From assembly GCA_963751345.1 (NCBI GenBank), contig CAVVUS010000018.1, forward strand, positions 160,001 to 224,000: a DNA stretch of 64,000 bases. The letters are read 5' to 3'. Every line of letters starts with the position of its first letter. Within the stretch, counting starts at the first letter, position 1. A program made the translations under genes and the position numbers. The notes under the pieces are model-generated. The model was not told the origin of the DNA. It searched no databases and saw only the letters and a program-made list of their open reading frames with translations. Below are positions 31,518 through 40,781 of the stretch, one piece after another. Source of the DNA: an uncultured Chloroflexia bacterium (GTDB lineage Bacteria; Chloroflexota; Anaerolineae; B4-G1; SLSP01).

Positions 31518-33269
31518 TTATTTGTTGACCCGAGCGACCGCGCCCAGTTCCTCCTGGGCACGGCGGATAAGTTCATCTTCTTCCACCGGTACGGCGCTGG
31601 ATCCTCGTTTTGTGCTCGTCCCGGTGGATGCTCTACCGGATGTCCCGGGTGGGCTCCAGTTCTCTGCCAGCAAGCAGTGGAGGGTAACGATCTGGCCGAG
31701 GTTGCGGCTCAGGATATCTTCCACCTTGCGCAGGTTAGGTTCTTGCGCGACCTTCTCGCAGTGGAAGCTGTGTTGGAAGGCTAACACAATCCTCCCCTCC
31801 TGATCGACACCACCCACCGAGGCATCCCGGAGGAGCGCTCCTAGCATCACGGGTTCCACCTGCTTGATGACCTCAGACCAGTTGGCCTGAATGGAACTCA
31901 GCGCGGCTTCATCGAGGGCCGTCACCGTGCCCGTGGACGCCGGCGCCGACGTGGGCGGTTCTGAGGCCTGTGGGACCGCGTGATTGGACTCGGTCGTCCT
32001 CGTCGTTGAGCCCGATGGGACGACATCAGCCGCCGACCGCGGTGCCGATCCCGGCCTGGAGCGTGGCCTGGCAGGGCTCGCATCCACGGGGGCCTCGCGC
32101 ACGAGGCTGCGCGCCGGTGTGGCGCCCGACGTCTCGGCCACAGCCTTTGTAGTGGCGGTCGTCCCAGGTATCGCCGGCGTCTGAGGTGCTCCCGCCGTAT
32201 CCAATACAGCCTCCACAAACGCTAGCTCCAGCGGAAGCTGCGGCTGCCACCCGGTGCGCTGCTTGGCTGCGACGTCGCTGAAAAGCCGCACCGCCTCAAC
32301 CAGGCGGTCGGGGTCTGCCTTGCGCGCCATTTCGGTGAATACGGCGCGCTCCTCTGCCGTCGGGTCTGTCCAGGTCTGGCCTGCGCCCAGCCGGATAAGC
32401 AGAAGTCCGCGCAGGAAGTCCGCGATTTGCCGGGCCAGTTGGCGAGGGTCCGCCCCTCCATCCACGGCTCCGTTGATGACGTTGAGCCCTGCGGTCAGAT
32501 CTCCATCCACCCACGCTGCCAGGAGTGCCCGGACGACCTCGCGTCGTTCGGCGCCCAACATCAGGCGTACGTAGTCGGCCGTGATCGATTCACCTGCCGC
32601 CATCTGGTCGAAGAGGCTGATCGCGTCGCGCATACTTCCCGTTGCCGTTCGCGCGATGAGCTCGAAGGCTTCGGGCTCTACCGCTACGCCCTCGGCGTCA
32701 GCGATCTTCTCGAGTTGTTGGACGAGAATATCCAGGGGAATACGGCGGAACTCGAACCGTTGACACCTGGAAAGGATCGTCTCCGGAATCTTGTGGACTT
32801 CGGTAGTGGCAAGGACGAAAATCACGTGCTCCGGCGGCTCCTCCAGCGTCTTCAACAGGGCGTTGAAGGCCTGTGTCGAGAGCATGTGAACCTCATCCAC
32901 GACGTAGACCTTGTAGGCCGCCTGGGTAGGTCGGTAGCCCACCTTCTCAAGCAAATCGCGGATGTTGTCGACACCGGTATTGGACGCGGCATCGATCTCA
33001 ATCAGGTCCATTAGCCGTCCGGCGTTGACGGCGTTGCAGATCTCACAGTGGTTACAGGGGCGCTCCTCACTGGGGGAGAGGCAGTTGACAGCTTTGGCGA
33101 TAAGGCGCGCGGTCGTAGTCTTCCCCGTGCCGCGTGGCCCGGCGAGAAGATAGGCGTGGTGGATGTGACCGGTCCGTAGGGCATAGCGCAGGGTCTGGAC
33201 AATGTGCTCCTGCCCCACGACGTCGTCGAATGTCTGCGGACGCCACTTGCGGTACAGCGCTTGCCCCAT
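31518..33269 (-). CDS. dnaX: DNA polymerase III subunit gamma/tau
   Basis: LYRKWRPQTF, GPRGTGKTT, EIDAAS, DEVHMLS, SRCQ. Confidence 0.97.
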   Translation of the reverse strand: MGQALYRKWRPQTFDDVVGQEHIVQTLRYALRTGHIHHAYLLAGPRGTGKTTTARLIAKAVNCLSPSEERPCNHCEICNAVNAGRLMDLIEIDAASNTGVDNIRDLLEKVGYRPTQAAYKVYVVDEVHMLSTQAFNALLKTLEEPPEHVIFVLATTEVHKIPETILSRCQRFEFRRIPLDILVQQLEKIADAEGVAVEPEAFELIARTATGSMRDAISLFDQMAAGESITADYVRLMLGAERREVVRALLAAWVDGDLTAGLNVINGAVDGGADPRQLARQIADFLRGLLLIRLGAGQTWTDPTAEERAVFTEMARKADPDRLVEAVRLFSDVAAKQRTGWQPQLPLELAFVEAVLDTAGAPQTPAIPGTTATTKAVAETSGATPARSLVREAPVDASPARPRSRPGSAPRSAADVVPSGSTTRTTESNHAVPQASEPPTSAPASTGTVTALDEAALSSIQANWSEVIKQVEPVMLGALLRDASVGGVDQEGRIVLAFQHSFHCEKVAQEPNLRKVEDILSRNLGQIVTLHCLLAENWSPPGTSGRASTGTSTKRGSSAVPVEEDELIRRAQEELGAVARVNK

Positions 33270-33291
33270 CGAACCTCCCGTGAGATGAGAG

Positions 33292-34365
33292 TCAGTCTAT
33301 CATGGATGGCGTGCGAGGCAAGCTTTGGCGCCGGGCTCGCAGCTGACCGCAACCCGCGCGGATGTCTCCGCCTCGCCTCAGACGCAAGGTATAGGGCACG
33401 TGCCTACTATCGAGGACCTGGGTGAAAGCCTCGATGCGATCCGGCGGGGAGGGGGCTCCCGGATACCCTTCGGTGGGATTGAGGGCGATAAGGTTGACGT
33501 TAGCCAACATCCCTGTGATGCGGGCTGCCAGGGCCAATGCCTGCTCCGGTGTATCGTTCACGCCATCGATCAACACCCATTCAAAGGTGACCTGGCGGTT
33601 GGTCTTCTCGATATACGCCTGGACGGCTGAGAAGAGGGCGTTGAGATCATAGCGCCGGTTGATCGGCATGATCTCATTGCGTACTTCGTCGGTTGCTGCG
33701 TGTAGCGAGATGGCCAGGTTCACTTGAATGTCCTCCGCCGTGAACCTGCGAATCCCCGGCACGATGCCGGCCGTGCTGATCGTCATCCGCCGTTGCCCCA
33801 TCTGCAGTCCATCCGGGTGCATCAGGCGATAGATGGCAGCCAGTGTATGGTCATAGTTGAGGAACGGTTCTCCCATCCCCATAAAAACGACGTTGGTCAG
33901 ATGCTGCTCCTGACCCTGAGTTCGCGCTCGAAGTGCAGCACCTGTGCCACGATCTCCCCGCTGGAAAGGTTGCGGCGGATGCCCATCTGGCCAGTGGCAC
34001 AGAATTGGCACCCCACCGCACACCCAACCTGGGTGGAGATACAGGCGGTACGTCGCTCAATGTAGCGCATGAGCACGACCTCGACCTGCTCGCCATCGCT
34101 CATCTCGAGCAGATCCTTGCGTGTCTCGCCGTCAATGGACTCCTCGACCGCGACGGCAGGCGGCACGGCTAGCGTCGTTTCGGTCTGCCAGCCGCGTGCG
34201 CAGGGTCTTGGGGAGCGAACTCATCTGGTCGATCCCGGTAGCCAGGTGTTTGTAGAGCCATACCCAGATCTGCTTGGCGCGGTAGGCCGGCTCTCCCCAG
34301 CCCGTAAGCAAGGCCTCGAGGGCTTTGAGATCAAGGTCGTATAGATTCGGCTTCTGTTCAGCCAT
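33292..34365 (-). CDS. rlmN: Dual-specificity RNA methyltransferase RlmN; apparent frameshifts near 34185 and 33913
   Basis: YRAKQIW; [15 protein letters not shown]; [20 protein letters not shown] spread over three frames. Confidence 0.93.
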
Positions 34366-35779
34366 TGACTGCCTCCTGCCAGACTCTGACAAGGTCGGGC
34401 AGACCCTGTAGGACGACGGTAGGACGAATGGGGGAGTGGGCCAACTCCTCCTCGTTCGAGATCCCGGTCAGCACGAGCACAGTGGGCAGCCCCAGGCGAA
34501 TGCCTCCCAGGATATCGGTATCCAGACGATCACCAATCACCAGCGTGGTATCGGGGGTCGTTCCCATCTCTGCCATCGCCTGCCGATAGAGTATGGGCCA
34601 GGGTTTGCCGATGACGGTGGCCGTTACCCCGGTGGCGGTTTCGATGGCCGCAATCTGGGCGCCGTTGCCTGGGGCCAACGCCGTCTCCAATGGGAAGGTG
34701 AGGTCCGGGTTCGTCCCGACAAACTGCGCCCCGTCGAGAATCAGACGGGTTGCAGCCGCCAGTTTCTTCCACGTCAGCTGTTGGTCCCATCCGATGACCA
34801 CGAAGTCGACTTCTGCGACGTCGTCATCGTCGCTATAGGCGAGACCATAGGTCTCGATCGCCTCCCTGACCCCAGGGCCTCCCATAGCGTAGACGGCAGC
34901 CCCAGGCTGCCGTCCGGCGATGTAGTTGGCAGTGGCCAAGGCGGAATTCAAGATGTGGTCCTTGTCGATCGTCACGCCGAGGTCGGCGAGTTTCTGAACG
35001 TACTGCGCGGGCGTCCGGCTGGAGTTGTTGGTCACCATCATGTGTTCAAGGTGCAGCGCTTCGATCATAGCGAAGAAATCCTCAATGCCCGGCAGACCGC
35101 TCTTCCCCCGCCAGAGCACGCCGTCCATATCGCAGATCAGGCCGCGTATCTCACGCCACGGAAGGGCGGGCCCTGCGGCTGCAGCATCGGCCACGAGACG
35201 CTCGTAGGTTTCCGGCGTGTCGGCGTCCTCCAGCACCTTGGCATCGGGAACGTCCAGATACGAGATGCGATCGGGGTGACGTTCGAAGAGAATTCTGCCA
35301 CCGACGTCACCGGACAACGTCGCCAGCTCGGCGAAGAACTCCTTGGCAAAGAGCACCGGCGTGCCGCGCTGGCCCTCGGGAGAGCGCGGGATCACAATGC
35401 CCGCACCCGTCGAACGCCACGTCTCGATGAATTTCTGTAGGAGACGAGGTGTGATCAGCGGCTGATCGATAGGCACGAACAGCGCCGCATCGGTCTCGGG
35501 CGGCAGAGCCGAAACGGCGGTGTTGAGGCTGGTGCTCAGTCCCTCTGCCCACCGGTAGTTGTGAACAACGCACACGGGGCGTGAGGCGAAGAGGGGGGTC
35601 ACCTCATCGGCAGCAGCCCCCACGACGACGAGCACCGGTTCGAATCCCGCGGTCCAGGCCATATCGGCAACGTGGGTGACGAGAGGATGTCCCTCCCACG
35701 GGAGAAGTTGCTTCGGTTGCCCGAAACGCGTGGATCCTCCCGCGGCGAGTATGACGGCAGCGACGTTGGATTCAGCCAT
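34358..35779 (-). CDS. Fusion of a MocA/MobA-like NTP transferase and a HAD-IIA (NagD-like) phosphatase
   Basis: N-terminal ILAAGGSTRFGQPKQLL, DQP, GTPVLF, GDVGGR, DADTPE; C-terminal DMDGVLW, TNN, TNPD, GKP, GDRLDTDI; single open frame. Confidence 0.88.
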   Translation of the reverse strand: MAESNVAAVILAAGGSTRFGQPKQLLPWEGHPLVTHVADMAWTAGFEPVLVVVGAAADEVTPLFASRPVCVVHNYRWAEGLSTSLNTAVSALPPETDAALFVPIDQPLITPRLLQKFIETWRSTGAGIVIPRSPEGQRGTPVLFAKEFFAELATLSGDVGGRILFERHPDRISYLDVPDAKVLEDADTPETYERLVADAAAAGPALPWREIRGLICDMDGVLWRGKSGLPGIEDFFAMIEALHLEHMMVTNNSSRTPAQYVQKLADLGVTIDKDHILNSALATANYIAGRQPGAAVYAMGGPGVREAIETYGLAYSDDDDVAEVDFVVIGWDQQLTWKKLAAATRLILDGAQFVGTNPDLTFPLETALAPGNGAQIAAIETATGVTATVIGKPWPILYRQAMAEMGTTPDTTLVIGDRLDTDILGGIRLGLPTVLVLTGISNEEELAHSPIRPTVVLQGLPDLVRVWQEAVNG

Positions 35780-35881
35780 TGTGGTATAGGGTCCTCTTCG
35801 TGTAGGTTGACCAAGGCCAGACTTGGCCCATTGTACTGGGGAACTTGCGACGGACAAGAGTGGGCGAGGTCCCTGAGAATG

Positions 35882-35917
35882 CCACTGCCCCGCAAGCAGT
35901 TCGCCGCGGGGCAGTGG
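35882..35917. terminator. GC-rich hairpin downstream of the GntR gene
   Basis: CCACTGCCCCGC-N12-GCGGGGCAGTGG. Confidence 0.5.
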
Positions 35918-35939
35918 AGGAGGAGGAGAGAATCAGCAG

Positions 35940-36683
35940 TTATACGATGTCATTTTGGATCAGGCCCTGGACGTCGGCCTGATCCTCTCGAGCGATAGCC
36001 TTGAGATATTCTACGACACGGCCTTGACTGTCGTAGGTCTGCCGGTCGATCTGAGTGACGGCAGCGGGCGGCTCAAGGTCCAGCAAGGAGAGGTCGAGAT
36101 CGCTTCCCAGGACGGGGCGGGCCGTCTGGTCAGCATGGGTGAGGCGGACGTTCAGTTGTTCCTGAAGTACGCGATAGAGAGAATGCTTATCCAAATCGAT
36201 CTCCAGGAGGGGCCGGCAGAGCGGGTAAGGAAGATACGATGTATGGATGGCAATTGGGATGTCATTTGCCAGACGCAACCGGCGGATTCTGACAACGGTC
36301 TCGTGTTCCCGAAGTTGCATATAACGCGCCGTTTGCCCGGTGACGGGCACAATCCCGCGGCTGATGGTCCTGCTGCTGGGGACGAATCCGTGCCTGATCA
36401 TCAACTCGGTGAAGCCCTGCAGCGCCACATCCTCGAACGTACGACTTGCGCCGGTCGCGACAAAGGATCCCTTGCCCTGGTAGGCACAGATGAACCCTTC
36501 CTCTCTTAGCCTGGTCAGCGCTCTGCGGGCTGTGAGCCGGCTGATCCCGTAGTTCGCCGCAAGCTGGCGCTCGGAGAGGATTTGGTTTCCGACCGTCAAC
36601 TCACCCCTCTCGATCGACAGACGTAACTGATCGTAGAGCTGGAGATACAGGGGAATGGGGCTGTTTGCGCGGAGCATGGACAT
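35940..36683 (-). CDS. GntR family (HutC/UTRA) transcriptional regulator
   Basis: PLYLQL, SERQLA...SRLTARRAL...QGKGSFV, UTRA domain; AGGAGG RBS. Confidence 0.93.
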   Translation of the reverse strand: MSMLRANSPIPLYLQLYDQLRLSIERGELTVGNQILSERQLAANYGISRLTARRALTRLREEGFICAYQGKGSFVATGASRTFEDVALQGFTELMIRHGFVPSSRTISRGIVPVTGQTARYMQLREHETVVRIRRLRLANDIPIAIHTSYLPYPLCRPLLEIDLDKHSLYRVLQEQLNVRLTHADQTARPVLGSDLDLSLLDLEPPAAVTQIDRQTYDSQGRVVEYLKAIAREDQADVQGLIQNDIV

Positions 36684-36928
36684 GGTCTTCCTCCTACGGG
36701 TTCGTTGTTGGCTGCACTCACCATTAAACCTCAACTGCCTTCCAAATCCCTTTATAGAGAGGGGGGAGTTCCTATCAAAACCCTACCACTTTGGCCGGCC
36801 TGCAATTGTGAATTGGGTGGAGGATGCTATACTGACGGTACGCCTCTTGGTCGGACCTTTGGCCTCCGAGTTCGTAAAATAGTCTGCGTTGAATCATGGC
36901 GCGCGTTTGAGTGTGGGAGACGACTACG

Positions 36929-37333
36929 ATGGCAAAGCAGAAGGAAACGCAAGTTGCATCCAAGCGTTTATCGTGGGTGGTCTGGGGTGTCTTGGCGGTC
37001 CTGGTTGTGTTGTTAGCCTCCGCCTTCTCAAAGGCGTGGCAAACGAACCAAGCCCTGCGTGAGGAGATGGCGGCGCTCGAGCCGATGGCGACGGCCGCGA
37101 TGGATCAACAGCGTGCGCTCGAGCAACAACTGACCTATGTGAAGAGCGACGAATACGTTGAGGCGTGGTCGCAGGTTCACGCCCGCATGTCGCGACCCGG
37201 TGAGGTGCTGGTCATCCCGATCGAGAAGACGCCAACACCCGTGCCGATGCCGCAGCTTCCGATCCTACCAACCCCGGAGCCGACAGCGATGCCTTTCCTC
37301 CCCAGCCTCTGGCATTCACTGGTCGGGAACTAG
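36929..37333 (+). CDS. Septum formation initiator (FtsB/DivIC-like)
   Basis: One TM, coiled coil, SDEYVE...RPGE. Confidence 0.75.
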   Translation: MAKQKETQVASKRLSWVVWGVLAVLVVLLASAFSKAWQTNQALREEMAALEPMATAAMDQQRALEQQLTYVKSDEYVEAWSQVHARMSRPGEVLVIPIEKTPTPVPMPQLPILPTPEPTAMPFLPSLWHSLVGN

Positions 37334-37338
37334 ACCGC

Positions 37339-38193
37339 GTGGATCCTCTCGACCTGGCCCTGCCTGACATCTTGGCCATCGCGATTGATATCGCCCACGA
37401 GGCCGGAGCATTGATCCGTTCTCACTTCGGGTCGCACGACCCGGTCGCCTTCAAGGGCGCCGTCAATCCGGTCACCGCAACGGATACAGCGGCGGAGGAG
37501 ATCATCCGCTCCCGGCTGCGGGCGGCATTTCCCGATCACCGTATCCTCGGCGAGGAATCAGGTGAGGAGGGCCGGGCCATCGATGCCGATGGTGTGTCGG
37601 CCCCCAAATGGTTTGTCGACCCGCTGGATGGGACGAATAACTTCGCTCACAGTATTCCGCATTTCAGTGTGTCCCTAGGTCTGCGGTCCGGTGGCCTCAC
37701 GCAGGTCGGCGTCGTCTACGATCCTATGCGTGACAACACATTCGCTGCCTACCAGGGCGGTGGCACGACGCTCGACGGGGCCGCTGTGCACGTCTCGAAT
37801 GTGGAGATCCTGTCGGGGGCATTTCTGGCGACCGGGTTCCCTTACACCCGCCGAACCGCAGCGGATAACAACACGCGAATGCTGGATTACTTCCTTCGTC
37901 GTTCTCAAGGTGTCCGACGTGCGGGGTCCGCGGCATTGGATATGGCGTATGTGGCTTGCGGCAGGTTCGACGGTTATTGGGAACCGAAGTTAAGCCCGTG
38001 GGACATCACGGCCGGTCTACTGCTTGTTGAGGAGGCCGGTGGCAGAATTTCAGACTTTGGCGGGGAACGGACCCGTCTCTTCTCGGGCGACGAAGTGCTG
38101 GTCAGCAACGGCCTCATCCATGACGAGATGCTTGCGGTACTCCACGAAGGGGCAGCCGCGCCCCATCCGGACTTCCCCAGCCTGACCGACTAG
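37339..38193 (+). CDS. suhB: Inositol monophosphatase family protein
   Basis: LGEE, VDPLDGTNNF, GSAALD, WDITAG. Confidence 0.92.
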   Translation: MDPLDLALPDILAIAIDIAHEAGALIRSHFGSHDPVAFKGAVNPVTATDTAAEEIIRSRLRAAFPDHRILGEESGEEGRAIDADGVSAPKWFVDPLDGTNNFAHSIPHFSVSLGLRSGGLTQVGVVYDPMRDNTFAAYQGGGTTLDGAAVHVSNVEILSGAFLATGFPYTRRTAADNNTRMLDYFLRRSQGVRRAGSAALDMAYVACGRFDGYWEPKLSPWDITAGLLLVEEAGGRISDFGGERTRLFSGDEVLVSNGLIHDEMLAVLHEGAAAPHPDFPSLTD

Positions 38194-39309
38194 GCCTCCC
38201 CGGACAGCCAAGCCACCAAAGCTGCAGCTATCTTGCGATCTGTCACGGCCATGGGCAGGTCGGCCAGTTCCTGAATCGTCGCCCATCGGAAATCTCTGCA
38301 TTCCAGGCACTTGGGCTGCCCGGCTCTCAGGCTGCAGACGAAGGCAAATAGCGTGATCCGGAAGTGCGTATAGGCGTGGTCGACCACGGCCAACTGCTGC
38401 CCCACCTCAACCTCCACATCCATCTCCTCCATGAGTTCTCGCTTGAGGGCTTCAGGCAGTGTCTCGCCTCGCTCTCGCTTTCCACCGGGAAACTCCCATA
38501 GACCTCCAAGCATCGCGTCCAGGGGTCGTTGGGCGACGAGCACCTCATGTGCGCCGTCACGCTCATGGTCTCCGAAGCGTCACGGCTGCGGTGACGTCGT
38601 AGTGAGGGATGGCTTTGCGCGGTTTGGCGGCAGGGAATGCCTCCTGTTCGCCCTGGGCCCGCGCCAGACACAGGTCGTGCCACGGACAGAGCAGACAGCG
38701 GGGAGACCGGGGCAGGCAGAGCGTTGCGCCCAACTCCATCAAGGCCTCGGTGAAGGCGCCTGGCTGTGTCTCCGGCATCCATTCTCGGACGCTCTCCTCG
38801 AGTTCCGCCGGCGTGGGACTGGCGAGTGTCAGCACCCGGCTCATGACGCGCCGTACGTTGCCATCCACGGCCGGAGCAGGAATGCCGAAGGCGATGCTGG
38901 CGATGGCGCCGGCCGTGTAGGGGCCGATGCCGGGAAGCGCTTGAAGGGCCCGGACGTCGCGGGGAAGCTCGCCTCCGTGAGCCTCGACAACCCGCTGGGC
39001 GGCGCGATAGAGCGATCGGGCGCGGCTGTAATAGCCCAACCCTTCCCATACTTTCAGCACATCCTCCAGCGAACTGCTGGCAAGCGCCGTCACGTCCGGG
39101 AAGCGGCGAAGGAACCGGTCGTAATATCCCCGGACCGTCTCCACCTGCGTTTGCTGTAGCATCACCTCGGCGACCCAAACGCGATAGGGGGTACGGTCGT
39201 GGCGCCACGGTAAATCTCGCGCCTGCCGATCAAACCACGTGAGGAGGCGCTCCTGCGCCTCCTCACGATGCTCGACCAGATATGCCCGCCGGTCGTCGCT
39301 CAGGCCCAT
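38190..39309 (-). CDS. mutY: A/G-specific adenine glycosylase MutY; apparent frameshift near 38570
   Basis: RDLPWR, EVMLQQT, GLGYY, LPGIGPYT, VDGNV, 4Fe-4S Cys motif; NUDIX C-terminus (WEFPGG) in the adjacent frame. Confidence 0.93.
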
Positions 39310-39331
39310 AGAGTGTCCATGGGCGTTTCGC

Positions 39332-40615
39332 CTAATGCGTGACCGCGATATTGGGTGAGGGCGACGTCATATGAACCCAAACCCACGTACCGGCGTCCCC
39401 ATCACTGCTGTAGACGACCTTGGCATCGCTGGGCGTGTAAGGTGTAGTCCAATCGAAGAGCCACTTCGCGTCCAGGATAGCCAGGTTGACGCATCCGTGG
39501 CTGCGGGTGAATCCGAAGCTGTTGTGCCAGTATGCTGCGTGAAGTGCATAGGCACTGTTGAAATACTGAGTCCACTGGACATCCTCAAGATAGTACCACG
39601 CCGGACTGTCCGGTGTGACGTCCTGATTTCGCATCGGCGTTGTGGGCATCTTGCTCCATATCCTCGTGAGTCCATCGGGTGTCCAGGTGGCGCTGCGCCC
39701 AGAGGAGACCAAGGTGGCAAAAACCATGCGGCTGCCCTCATACGCCGCCAGTGTTTGTTCGAACGTGTTGATCTCGATCCATTTCTCGCCAGGACCAACA
39801 CCATCGGGCACCGGATCGACGTCAACGCGTGCGGTATACGACTGTTCGACCCATTGGTCCGGACCCACCATATACCACAGTTGATCGCCGATCGGCTCCT
39901 GGGCGTACATTGTGATGCGATCGTAACGATGCAGTACGACGTCATCGACCTGTGCGCCACCGGGTGTTGAGGAGGGGTAGACATCCTGATTGATCCATCC
40001 AAAGGCGTAGTTGGGTTGTTCGCTGAGAATCACACCTGCGAAGCGTGAGGGTTGGGTGAAGGCCAGGTGATCCGCCTGGATGAACTCGCCCTCGTTGATT
40101 TCATACCAGGTCTCCCCATTGTAGTCGACCGAGGCCATCACGCTGACCCAGTTGTCACCGGCGACAAACTCGCGGACGGGTGGCAGTCCCGCTGCGGCTT
40201 CCTCTGGATGATGATAGGTGGCTGCCGGCAGGGGGCGCACGTAGGCAAAGGAATAGGGGGTGATGGCATCCTCGGGAACGTCCAGTTCCTCAATCGCGAG
40301 TTCGGGAAGTGGATCGGGTAATTGCGACCGCAAGTAATCCAACCGGATCGCGCGGGCGCCTGGGCCAAAGGGCGGACAGCGCGACGGATCTCGCCCCATC
40401 AGGCGTGCCGAGCAAACGTAGTCCCCGGAATCATCGCTTGAAAAGAGCCGGGCATTGGCGACGTCGGGAACAGTGCTGCCCGGTGCAGCGTCTGCTGGCG
40501 TGACTATTCTTACCAAGGCCGTTATACTTAACAGAGTAGCGAATACCAACAATCCAAGGATGCGATGGGGCAGGCGGGTCGGACCTTGTACTCCAATGTA
40601 TATTCCGGTAGACAT
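39332..40615 (-). CDS. L,D-transpeptidase family protein with SH3-like repeats
   Basis: C-terminal YkuD domain (HAAYWH...SHGCVN); N-terminal TM. Confidence 0.88.
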   Translation of the reverse strand: MSTGIYIGVQGPTRLPHRILGLLVFATLLSITALVRIVTPADAAPGSTVPDVANARLFSSDDSGDYVCSARLMGRDPSRCPPFGPGARAIRLDYLRSQLPDPLPELAIEELDVPEDAITPYSFAYVRPLPAATYHHPEEAAAGLPPVREFVAGDNWVSVMASVDYNGETWYEINEGEFIQADHLAFTQPSRFAGVILSEQPNYAFGWINQDVYPSSTPGGAQVDDVVLHRYDRITMYAQEPIGDQLWYMVGPDQWVEQSYTARVDVDPVPDGVGPGEKWIEINTFEQTLAAYEGSRMVFATLVSSGRSATWTPDGLTRIWSKMPTTPMRNQDVTPDSPAWYYLEDVQWTQYFNSAYALHAAYWHNSFGFTRSHGCVNLAILDAKWLFDWTTPYTPSDAKVVYSSDGDAGTWVWVHMTSPSPNIAVTH

Positions 40616-40781
40616 AGCGGTTATCGACTGTATTCCTCGCTTGCGAAGATTCTCTGACGTGGGTCCGTAGTCTTGGCCGTGATGCGAGTTTTGATTATAC
40701 CACGGATTCTGATGGGGCTGGCTTTTCTTGCCACCGACTTTCTTGTATTCTATATTTTTGCCTGAGTCTAGAGGTGGGCCT

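Noticed and set aside
31518-33290. Programmed -1 frameshift in dnaX, or an SRP RNA upstream of dnaX
   Set aside because: No A-AAA-AAG or poly-A/T slippery site seen; only about 22 nt separate rlmN and dnaX
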